Below are positions 36,228-48,500 of a stretch of DNA of 64,000 bases, in pieces. A model generated the notes under the pieces. That model saw nothing but the letters and a program-made list of their open reading frames with translations. It was not told the DNA's origin and did not search any database. Positions within the stretch are counted from its first letter, which is position 1, and each line of letters begins with the position of its first letter. The translations under genes and the position numbers were made by a program. This DNA is from Amphiscolops sp. MND2022 (taxonomy: Eukaryota), in NCBI GenBank assembly GCA_964187785.1, contig OZ076409.1:88662001-88726000 (forward strand). The letters run 5' to 3'.

Positions 36228-39200
36228 ATGGATGAAAACACGGAAGAAGACCCAAGAAATGGGAACACCATACTGTCATCATCGGGAACACGGCAAACCA
36301 ACCAAACATTGCCGAACGACACAATGAACAGGACGGCAGACCGGACCTGCACTCAGAAATTGACCATTCCCACACTGGAGAAACATGACCACACCAGTGC
36401 GAACTTGTGGTGGAGAAAATTCGTCCAGTACATAAAGTTGACGAAAGAAAATGACCTATCGACCATGACAAACAACAAGAAGATACTGACACAATACCGT
36501 GATCAACTTGAAACAGAAATAAAAGATATTTTCATCTGGGCAATCGGACAGAATGCTATCACGGAAATGACAAAAACAATCAGAGAAAGAGAACCGAGCT
36601 CACTACCATTGTATAAACTCTACACACTTTTCCGACTACACGTTACGCCAGAAAGGAACGTACAGCACAGCAGAGCCGATTTCTTTGACCTAAAGCGAGA
36701 AGACAGTGAAACCGCAGCAGACGTATGGAAACGAGTACTAGAAATTGAAAAGAACTGCGAATTTGAAACAATAACCACAGCAGAACTTCTAGCATCAAAG
36801 TTCTTGTCAGTCATCGGAAAATCAACCGGAGATTATGACCTAAAAAATCAGAAAAAGTGACATGTCGGTCGAAGCAATAACCGACGCGATAATAGAGTAC
36901 ACTTACGACAAACTAGATGACTCACCCGAAACAGAAAAGAAAATACGTTACTTGAACAAACGTAAAACAAAACCAATAAAAGAACAACCGGAAAAACCGA
37001 CAAAACTCAAAAAAGTCGACTGCAACCGTTGCGGGGCACCAAACTGGTCAAGGTAACACGAATGCCCAGCCAGAGGAAAGAAATGTGCAAAATGCGATGA
37101 GATAGGCCACTTTGCCAAATGCCACACAAGTAAAAAAAGTAAACCATTTAATCAAAAAAGAAACAAGCAGCGCGAACGAAGACGATTGGACACCGAACAC
37201 AACCCATTCAGTGAAACAAAAGATTCATTCAACACGATCAGTAAACAACAATGAACCAGACTTCTTCACAATCACCGCATTGGTCAGTAACCGACCAATC
37301 AAAATTATCATTAAGAGCGGATCGCCGGTAACATTAATACCAAGATCATTATTCAACGACATCACACAATTACACCCACTGAAAACGGAATATAGGGATG
37401 TAAATGATAACCGGATACAATTCGAAGGAAAAACAATGGCCAAAGTAGAAATCGACGGAAAACAAAAAAACTGGAAATTTTAGTGACAACTAAAAGAACC
37501 AACCCATTGCTGGGCTTGGACTGGATGAAAAAGTTGGGAATAACACTGGAGACGGGCAAGACCGTCCCACAAGTACAACAAATGAAAGAAGACCCAGACA
37601 TAACGTCAATGAAAACGAAATTCAAAAACCTCTTTACCGAAAACCATACGGTAAACGGACTGGAAGTAAAAATACAACTAAAAGAAGACGCGAAATTGAT
37701 GCAACAGAAAAGAAGGCCAAGACCGATTCACCTTCAACAATCGGTGGGGAAGGAAATAGAAAAACTAATAAAACAAGGACACATCGAAAAAGCCAACAAC
37801 ATCGACGAAAACTGCTTCGTAGGCCCAATCGTGATCACGGTAAAGAAAGACAAATCAATAAAAATTGCCCTGGGTTCACGGAAACTGAATGAAATATCTG
37901 TAAAAAGAAAAGCCCAAATGCCTAACATGAAGAAACTGATTTCACGGATATTAAGAAAAATAGCAGACGGCCCAGCAGATGAGATATGGATCTCGAAATT
38001 CGATTTACACTTGCATACGGACAATTACTACTCTCAAGAAAAGCCAGAAATCTGTGCATATGCGCCGTAACCGGGGGAAATTTTACCGGTTACTACCGCT
38101 TCCTAAAGGGTTTTCACGGTTTAGCGGATATACCAACGGTTTTCCAGGAGAAGATCGACCAAACACTGGATAATAAACATCCATCATTGCTAGATGACAT
38201 CATTGTCGTAACCAAAGGATCAAAGGAAGAACACAAGAAAGAATTGATCGACGTCCTAACCAGATTAGAAAAAGGCGGATATAGATTGAGCGAAAACAAG
38301 TCCGAATTTTTCAAAACGGAAATTGAATGGATAACTCACAAAATTGACCAGGCCGGCATCCGAACACTTCAAGACAAGCTGTTAGCCATAAAAGAACTAA
38401 AACAGACAAAAAAACTAAAAAGAGCTAAAAATCATTTCTGGGAGCCATTCAATACTTATCAAAATATATTGATAACCTTTCCTCCCAAACCGATAGCCTG
38501 AGACAGCTACTGAAAAAAAAGAACGATATGGACGGAAGAACACACACAAGCCATTGATTGCCTTAACACTGATACGTTAACACGCTCTCACTCCCATAAA
38601 CAAAATTACTGCCAAAGCATTAAAATTACAATGGATGCAAACACAATCAACGAAATTGAAGCATCAAATCCAATCAAACAATCGAACTGATCGAACTGAT
38701 AAACCGCTGGCGAGAAAGTGTTAAACCCGGGGTTTATCGACTAACCGGGGGGAAATGGAAACGCTACCATGAACCAAAATTCCTACGCAATGAAAGAAAA
38801 GTGATAGAAGAAAGACTGCAACAGATTATAAAAAACCTTGAAACAGCGGACCTTAGACAAAGGATCAGTCCCAAACAAACAGGAGGCTTCGTACCCCCAT
38901 CAGACACAGCGAACAATGGACTGTTGATCCAATCTGGTACCTGGGAAGTGGACCGCCCTACTCCGGCCCAACCGAACATACAAGACAGACCCGGACCATT
39001 GCACCAAAACTACATTCAATCAGCACCGATGGAAGAAGGCGAAAAAGACACCGATACCGATCAGGACCCATCAATCTTAGAAGTACCGGCAATAAACTGG
39101 GCACGCTATGGCAGAGTAAAGAGTGTCCAATACGTGAAGATGGGGCACGCTCCAAAAATAGCCGCTGAAGAACAAAAAGACTGGAACTTGGAACAAGCAG

Positions 39201-41200
39201 TGCGAGAAACGGAGAAAATTTTTGATACCGATTTACGATTGCTCATGACAGAGACAACGAACGACGCAATTCTGCTAAAAACACTGGTATGTCTGGAAAG
39301 ACAACAACACGATCTGATTCCAGAAGAATATCTGTCATACAGGAGAAAAGTGTCGAGCAGATTCGGTCTCGTATTCATGGAGGACGAAATTGTGGTCCCA
39401 AAGAATCTACGCACCACGGTCATCAGTCTGCTACACAAAAGACATCCGGCCATCAACAAGATGACCTTAGCAGCCCGACACTTCTGGTGGCCACGGATAA
39501 CCGAAGCCATCCAGAAAAAGTGCGACTCTTGCATCCCATGCAAATTGTCCGGTAAGAGTATTAAACCTAACATACGGAAAATAACCCGAACGAAGAAATC
39601 CAACTGAATTTCATCAGTCCAATGACAGATAATCACCATCGACTTTATATGCTACTATCCATGGACCGGTTTAGTAAATGGCCGGCAGCCAGTCTTTGCA
39701 AATATACGGACGGAGAAACGGCGGTAAAATTTATTGTACAGTATATCCAACTAAATGGTATACCGAAAACGATCAGAACGGATAAAGCAACCGCATTCAC
39801 AGGGCGCCTCTTTCGCTATTTTTGTAAAAAAAAAACATTACATCAAACTGATATACGGCACACTGTATATTCATACCCCAACAGGCTTAGTAGAAAGAGG
39901 AGTCCGAACACTCAAAGAAAATCTCCTACCAAACATAAAAGCCGGCGAACGTTTTGGAAATCACTAGATATAGCTTTGGAAATAATGCGGAAAACACCAC
40001 ACACGAGACTGAAAAAATCAGCGTTCGAACTACACTACGGCTGGAATCCAAACACGGAAGTTAGCGAATTACTAAACCTAGATAACCTGAAAAAACTAAC
40101 GGAAAATTCCATTTCAGCGAAACCAGATACCTTACAGGTATATTCATTCAGTGGAGCCGGCGGTGTGTCCGACCAGCTACCAATGAAGCCGAAGAAAAAC
40201 GACAAAGGAGTTAGTAATTACACATCCCTTTTCCTAGAGAAAAAACAACAAAAATCGAAATTTGAAAGTGCCTATATGGATAAACCGAACATAGCAGTGT
40301 CCGGAACAAAACACACGGTGACAACACCGAATGGAAGAGTAATACACAAAAAATGTATTAGTAAACCACTTAATAATATTAACCAGGACTGCAAGAACAA
40401 CAGAGGAACGGGGCCGAGAGGACCAGATGGCCGGTGTACGAAGTCGCCATCCAAAGCAAGGAAAACCTACATAATGGAATCAGACAACAAGTCCGAGACA
40501 ATGCCTCCAGGAAACAACAACCAGACAACACCGGGCCAAACAGACAATGCTACGGGCATAAAGGGCACATTCGGCCGAGGCAAGCCAATGCAGAAACGGG
40601 AACGGTCGGGTTCAAGCTCATCACACAGAACACCGGGAGATACAAACAAAAGCATCGGTCCGTTCACCATAACAACCAACATGACAGACACGGAAATCAA
40701 CCGTGCGATCAACGACGCGAAAGAAGCCAACGGAGAGCTTTTTATTAGAGACGAAAACAATAAGGTGTTTAACAATAATTTTACATTCCCTAACACGGGG
40801 GAAGAGAATAGCTTTGATCTAGATTTTGCCAACAACCTGAGTTCAAGTACTGAATTAGAAACAGATGTTAAACACGAAGTAGAAAAGTTAGTACGCAGAT
40901 CGAAACGACTAACAAAAACTAACCCAATTGTCGGATATAATAACCCAATATGTCATGATTACAGAAACCACCGTAGAAAGGCTGAACTCGGAAGAAACAC
41001 CGGGTCAAATCCAAACAGATATGGAAACAAGCAACCAGAATTAAACCCAACAGCAGACAACAAACAGACGTCACGGTCAGAAGAACACTGTGACAAAAGC
41101 CAACGCGAGGATCGGTTACCCGTCCACAAACATATGGACCATTGGAGGAATCACCGCCATACAGAAGCTACACAGAACCACATTGGCCAGTTGACAGCCA
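36228..41200 (+). pseudogene. gag-pol pseudogene (gag with CCHC knuckles, mutated protease, RT, largely deleted RNase H, integrase)
   Basis: CNRCGAPNW..H.C; protease site IKSGSPVT (Asp lost); RT LLDDIIV; integrase HHCC H..HP...CDSCIPC and IRTDKATAF. Many stops and frameshifts. Confidence 0.85.
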
Positions 41201-41712
41201 ATAGTGAAGGGGGGGGGGAATGTAGAGGACTCAGACTTTACCTACTAATTAGTCTGCATTTATATGATTATCATTATATTGTTTGATGTTCTTTTATTAA
41301 GTACCTGCCTATTGTATGCAGATGATGAACTATCATAAAGTTGAAAAAACGAGATAGAATAAAGTTTAAATTGCTAATACTATTCATGATCATAGAAGCA
41401 AGTTACAACAGTCTCAAATCAACGGGGATTGTTGAAAAATTATCATGAGTTAAAAGAAATACCACAGAAAAACGTTGTTGTAGATATAAATCATCGTATT
41501 ATAAAGATGCAGACAAAGATTTTTGATTTTCCCTTTTCTTTCTCGGGAACAGTACTTTAGAGTGATCATATCTCAACCGGATACATTTTTCATCAGCGAG
41601 TTTCTAGATTTACTGAGCGTACGTTGACGTGGTGCTGCTTATTTGATATGTCAGATGAAAAGTTGGTGTCTCGTCACGGAAAAATGAAGTTTCGATTGGT
41701 ATTAATTTGCCT

Positions 41713-42035
41713 TTTTTTAGTCAGCGCTTTTTTAATGAAAAGTGCCCCACTATTACAGTGGCTAGTTTTTTTCAGTTCACTCTGAATGGTCCATTTTGTT
41801 CATTTGTTCAAACGTTTTCAAAGTTCGAATATAACGTTTCAAAATTCGCTGATGTTTTCAAAATTCGGATGTAGCGTTTTCATAGTTCGGATATAACGTT
41901 TTCAAAGTTCGGATATGACGTTTTCAAAATTCGGATATAACGTTTTCACAGTTCGGATGTATCCTTTTCAAACTTCGAATTCTTTTCATTTCTGTGCCAT
42001 TATCGCTTGGTTGAACGGTCCCGGTCTGTTTGCTT
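41713..42035 (+). mobile_element. Degenerate HINE-like family A copy with the 20-bp minisatellite
   Basis: TTTTAGTCAGCGC start; AACGTTTTCAAAGTTCGGAT repeats. Confidence 0.6.
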
Positions 42036-42370
42036 TTTTTAGCGCGAGCTGCGAGCAGACATTCGTTGCCTCAACTGTACACTACAAGCACACTGACGAC
42101 CGCTCAAGTGAAGTAGAGCATTAGTAAGCCTTTTAGCATTGCAACAAACAAAACAGAGGGGGTTGAGCAAGCTGATTTTTATTACCATGAATTCTAGTTC
42201 ACGTTTCGCAAACTAGTTTTGTAGGGGTACATTCATGAAGAATCGTAGTTATCAAGCTGGCAACTCCTAGTTTTCAGTTTATAACGAAATAATTTTTCCC
42301 GTCCGTATAGAAAGTTCCTATTTGTCACAGTCCGCGCCCGCGCTGAATTGAATTAAAAGAAAACTAAAAC

Positions 42371-44400
42371 TACTCTACGTCACCGTATCGTCAGCCAATC
42401 GAAACAGCGTCAATTAAATAATTTTACGTCAAAGCCACGTCAGCGCTTTGCCAATACATTTTGAATTTGCCCCGTCGCCATGTCACAGCCATGGCAGCAA
42501 GCTAGAAATCTTTCCAAATTCACGTCGCGACTACGTTACTGCATTGTCAGCTAGCTAGAATTTCATTCCAAAATACTCGTCAGCATCTCGTCAAACTTGG
42601 CAGCTTGCCAAGATAGCTAAGAAAACTTGTGAACACTACGTTGCAAATCCATCAAAATTAGGCATTTTGTCCATCAATAAATGTGACACAGAGGAGAAGC
42701 GGTGCTTCGCAACACATGACGAAGACATCGTTTATTTTAATATGCGTATATATATTATTTTAATCGCATGCGTACAATATTAAACAGTTCAACTTTGTTC
42801 AATAACGTCCCTATGGCACAGTGGTCACCACTTATGCCGTGCAATCGGGAGGCTGCAGGTTCGAATCTCTCTGGGGTTTTGGCTTTTTTCTAAAAGGCGC
42901 TCATTATGAAGTTGACTATAAGGGAAAAAAACTTACTTAGCTGGACTGCAATGCACATTGACTTCGTCATGTGCAAAAAGCATACTAAATAATGGAATAC
43001 GTCAAAAAAACTTAGATTAGATTATACTTTACCTACTTAAAATAGATGTGGGAATTAAAGGAGAACATATTTTAGGGCTAAACACTTTGATAAATGTTAG
43101 CGAATTAGCATCCTAACTTAGCTGAATTAACGTCATGCCAACGTCAACAAAATTTAACTTGAAGCTGAAGTCTATATATTTCGACTCTAAAAATCAACGG
43201 ATATGTAGGAATTTCACAGCTTACGTCTATTCATCGTGATATGAGAATACCACTGTCTCAAATTTGAATTGAGTGCGCTCTAAGGTTTAGATTAAATGAA
43301 ACTTTTCTATATTCTACGAATAAAAGTCAGTTTATATTCAGTACGGAGCAAAGTATTTGTATTTTGTGATACAAGAATATTTTTGTATTTGCAGCATTAT
43401 ACCTTCAAACGGTACTGTTCATTTATAATGCAATTGTTCGGAATTTTCGTCATCTTGTCGTGACTTAAAATGGACCCAATTATTAAGTGTGATAAATTAA
43501 CGTGTTATAATGCTATATTATCAGATAAATATTAACTGTTGGTTGTTACCACTTTGAAGGTGATTTTTGCACCAGCTATCAATTTACGTTGCGCATCATC
43601 AGTAAATCTCTGTTGATGTGTTATGTCTTATTACTGTTGGTTTGTTCAATGTTAACGTTGTCTTGACGCCAATTCCATAATTGTTCGGTCATGATTTTTA
43701 TATTGAGTAAAATAATTAAACCTTCATAACTTTATTGAGCGTCCTACCTTCCTAGCATCATTCAGACAATCATATTCTGGAAATTAGTCACATTTTCGTT
43801 TAGTTGGAAATCAAAATCAGGAATTAGTTGTTCACGTCAGCGTCATGTGCGCGTCAAAGTTCCCGCGAACCAAAGCAGTAAAACAGCGAAACATTTCCGG
43901 TTTGCCAGACTGAAGTAAATCTACTTCCTGCTTGGGAGGAAATAAAAGGACGCCGGAATGAAATGATATGATCATGTGTGATGACTAATATCAAATTGAG
44001 GATTTCGTGCCTTTAAAATCGACATGTCGACGTGGAAATGAAATATAAAATGAATTTTGCCGCGAAATTACAGGAAGTAACAAAGATCTCGAGGAAATTT
44101 TTGGTACGCCGATGTGAACAAATGATGCTAGGAGGGTATAAATAGTTTGTACTTGTAAAATCGTTCATTCAAGGTTGTGCTTCAATCTGTGATCCAACCT
44201 TGTTTTCAATTTCGATTCAATCTCTACTTTTGTAAAACGCAAGAACTAAACGCTAAATTTGAAATACAATTTACAAAACAATTATATCATGAAGATATCA
44301 ACTAGAGTTTGAAAAACAGTCCAGCAGGAGATTAGCGGAAAACACCCAAAATAGCCAAAGTTGCGAATTGAACGAAGTTCGTAACACTATTGTTCCAAAC
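42371..44400 (+). promoter_or_regulatory. Copy 1 of a dispersed CGTCA-rich cassette ending in a TATA + Inr-like core promoter
   Basis: Collinear blocks shared with 47531-48800. TATAAATA at about 44137, TCATTC at about 44165, 18-bp inverted repeat at 43745/44121. Confidence 0.45.
42684..42978 (-). mobile_element. HINE-like family B copy (tRNA-like segment on + at about 42807-42877)
   Basis: Inverted near-identical copy of 19583-19876; A box TGGCACAGTGG, B box GGTTCGAATC. Confidence 0.65.
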
Positions 44401-45565
44401 ATGTCCGTTAATCGCGTTACCTTCAAAGCATTAAATAACGGCAGCCAAAAATGGCGAAAAAATTATTACTAGTTCTTGTCATTTCAACAACCTAATTTGA
44501 ATGAGATCAAAAAATAGAACTTCCCTAATCGTGAATTTTAATTCATTCTACAGAAAAATTTAGAATACAGGAACACAATACAAGCCAAACTGATTTTTGT
44601 TGAACCTTCTATCCTAACTAGTAATAATGATTAACAGTTTTTTCATGTTGTACCTTGAGAGTTCGTAATGAAGACATTTTTCTTGATGAGTGAAAATATG
44701 TCACTCCGTGAGTCATTGAACCTCACGGAAAATCCCTAGTTTCATTGGTTGCCCTGCTGTTGGTAGTTGAAACAACGTATTTGTTCAAGTAGCTTTGCAA
44801 GCAACCTCGGCTCCTTATATGCAACTGAGAGTTCATTAAGTTAAGCCGCGCTAATTGATCACTCGGGGTTTCGAAATTGGAAAAGTTACAACTTTTTGAA
44901 ACGCAACATTTTGTTGACCACAAGATATCAAATGAAGTCAATTTTTGAAAAGGCTACGCATATACCAGAAAAAACAGCTCTCGAAGAACGGATGGTTGTA
45001 TTGATTTTCCAAGATGCAGGAAAGTTTTATAAAGTTTCCGATGCATGATCCCTGTTTTTTCGATATTTTATCAAAAATTAGCCTGCATTTTATTCATGTG
45101 CCTACGAAATTTCACGGCATTCTCAACTGGGGTACTGTACCATAGCTCACTTAAAAGTAAGTTTCATTACTTAGTCGCAATGCAATTTTGGTTGACAATA
45201 GAAGTTTTGTGAAATCACCTGAATTTAATTCAGCAGAAGGAAGTTTAATCGTTCGAATAACAGTAAGAAATGGAACAAGGCTTTGGCACTTTTATTTGAC
45301 CTCGACCTCCACGGGGAACAAAACTGGAGGTCAATCTGAAGAGAGATGATCGAAATAAAGGTCATATTTCTGTATATACATAAGAGTTTATCAGCAAAAT
45401 ACCATCCAACAGGTGAACTGATTGATGTTAACTTGAAACCATATGCTTTGCAACTAACTAGCATTAAATTATTGCAGTGTATTTAGTAGTGCCTGGAAAC
45501 GGAATTTTAAAAAAAGACATCTGGTTTGGAGAAATTCGTTCTGTTGTTTTTCTCGTCAGCTTCGT

Positions 45566-48500
45566 CTACTTCTTAATCTCTTCCCCTTTCTTGGATTGCT
45601 TCGAATCTTCTCCTTCTTCGCCTTTGATTGACTTCTTCTTGGAACTCTTCTTCGAATCCTTTTCTGACGTCAGGTCTATCTCGGTCTAAATGAAGAGATA
45701 ATCGAAACTTAGTGATCGGAGCTAGAGATAACTAATGAAAATTATGTAAGAGTAAATGCGAATGTTGAGAACAAGAAATGATTGTCCTAGATATTCAATA
45801 GTGCCTACATTAGGCAAGTCTCGAATTACCAGTCATGCAAATTTTGTGACAGACCAATATTCTAAAAATTTTGTTCACTGTCGCAATAAAAAAACTGAGA
45901 ATAAAATATTGAGAGAAAAGTTTCTAGGGTATTTTTCAAAAGTATTAGGATTAATTTTCAAATTCAATTGCCGTGGTGGAAATGCAATGTAATTGTACAA
46001 GGTTTGCCACCAGAACCGAACTGAATTTTTTAGGTTTGATGCAAAATTTGTCCTTGCATTTATGCCTGCACCTTGTAAAAATTTCAAGCAGTGTCAACTA
46101 GTATTTACAAGAAAATGCAATGGAATTGGAAAAATCAGTCAAAACAATAAGGGAACTAACATGATCGTTGGCAGATGTAGGTTGCTTCGATGCTGCCTCG
46201 GAAGCAGCGACTGTGTCTACAGCTGAAGGTTTTCGTGACATGCTTGCCTTCGAGTTCTTCTGGTTGTAGTAGTCACTTCCACCTGCGGTCGATGGGGGAG
46301 TTTCCAACTCATTTCTAGAACAGCAAAACATAAAATTTTCCAACACATTTCTTACCATAGTGTCCGACGTATAAGCCCCTCTCCCATTTCAAAAATTTGA
46401 GTGAGTGCTTAATTGGGGAAGGGGCTTAAAAGCTGGCACAGTCCGCGCCCGGCTTGGGTTGCGGTTGCCGGAAGGTGAAGATTTGCAACTTGGCCGAGGT
46501 CATGGTTGCATAATAACAAGCCGAGAACGGCCAAAGTCGGCGCTATATCTAAGGCTCAAAATTGTAAAAGGGGGGACTCTTTGGGCTTTGTGAAACTCCA
46601 GCTGGTTGCAAAATATGAAAAAAATTGAAGGGGGGACCCTTTAAGGACTGAAAAAAATTGCCAAAAAAAATTTTAAAATGTGATTTTTGAACAGTGTCAC
46701 AGTGCCGAAAAATGTAAAAGGGGGACCCTTTGGAATTTTCTGACATCCATTGTGTTTTAAAATATCGAAACAAATAAAGGGGGGACCCTTTGGTGCAATC
46801 CAAAAAGTTTCAAAAAAAGTCGCATAGTGCCGAAAAAAAGTGAGGGGGGGGAGGCTTAGGGGAGATCGTTAGTGTGTTGTCGAGGTTTTGTTTGTTTTGT
46901 TTTCTTTTTCGTTTTGGACGCGCTTCTTAGGTTCGCCAAGTTGTTGAAGAAATGAACTGAACAAAGAACAAAAAGAAAAGACAGGAAGAAAAGTGGCACT
47001 TTCGTGTCTAAAAAAAACTACCCACTGTAATAGTCGGGCACATTTTCTACTAAAATGCGCCGACTAAAAACAGTTCAGAACCTGACGAAAATTCCGAAAT
47101 ATCTTCACACGTATCCGGTCAAACGTACTGACGACGATGGAAATGGAATCACTTGCCTACAAAATACCACCAAGACATATCATTGCAAAAAGCCGCCACA
47201 AAAGGAATGAAAATACGTCAACAATTAGGATTTAAGTAAACAAGTTGTTTTGAGCAATCAATTGACGGGAAAGTACTTCCCCAATTCTAAATAAAAAACT
47301 TTCAACAGGACTGCCAGAAACAGTCGTCCTGAAAGTGAACATATCCCAATATCCACTCCCATTTTATCAACCCCACAAAAAACCTTCGACCCATGACACT
47401 GGCCCTGTCACAGCACGCTCCCGGAATGGATTAAACTAAAATGAAACTAAAACTAAAGCTCTAGAGGTAATTTGTGATAGTTATTGACGTTATGCTGTCA
47501 AAAAGTCGAGGAAGAGACCCAAAAGTACTTTACTCTACGTCACCGTATCGTCAGCCACTCAAAACAGCGCTACAAGAATAATTTTACGTCAATGCTACGT
47601 CAACTCTTTGACAATAAGATCGAATTTCCGCCGCCATTACGTCGCAAATGAAGTTATGAGGACTGAACTTGAATTTACCTCATCACTACATCTCAAGTTA
47701 GGCAATTAGAACAATTTGAATTCACGTCACCACTAACGTCGTATTGAGGCAGCTAGGATTGAATTGGAATTAACGTCAACGTTGCGTCAACTGAGGATGA
47801 ACTTGATCGGATCATGGTATTAGGCTAAGTGTGCCAACTTAACATAAAATAACAATCTTTTAAAATGATATCAATGAAGAAGCTACAGCTTTCGATCAAG
47901 TTCTGAACTCAGAATGAACTTTGAACAAAAGTTGGCATGAAAGCAGTTTATAGTATGTTTGATAAACGATGGTTTTAAAACCATCGAAATGTGTTCCGCA
48001 GGTGGAAAAAGCTAGTTTTCTGTAAGTTGTGCTAGTACTTGATAATTTGAACTTTTATTGTCAGTTTTAAAGCTAATGCGTCGTCATACTAAAACAGCTG
48101 TGAAAAATCAAGTATGATCGTTGTTTATTTTTGTTAACTGTTGTTCATTTAAGTAAATGAGTTATGTAATTTCGCATGAAAGACATCACCTTTTTTTTCT
48201 AGCATCATCAAAAAGACACATTAAGATTTGACTCATAATTTCTCTTGTCAAAATTCAAAGATTTGAATACTAGCTGTTCTCGTCAGCGTTAGCTCCGCGT
48301 TGTTTTTCACCGCCAATTCAAGTAGCAAAACACAAGTTCTAATAAAAATCTGGGAGGCATTTCCGAATTGATGAAACAAAGTAAAATCTACTTCCTGCTT
48401 GACGGAAATAATACGACGCCGGAACGAAATGGCTTGACAATAGGTGATGACTAATTTCAATCTAACTATAGAGATAATACAAAATTGACGAAATGTCGAC

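Larger units (their letters stand above)
35357..41410 (+). mobile_element. Ty3/Gypsy LTR retrotransposon (Mag-like), decayed
   Basis: 5' LTR 35357-36165 (split by an insertion); 3' LTR 41221-41410 (190 bp, TG...CA). PBS TGGCGCAGTC (tRNA-Ser-like), polypurine tract 41203-41220, flanks GTCAC / GTCTC. Confidence 0.92.

Noticed and set aside
42807..42877. Functional tRNA gene
   Set aside because: Acceptor stem and anticodon arm are imperfect, and the segment is embedded in a dispersed repeat.
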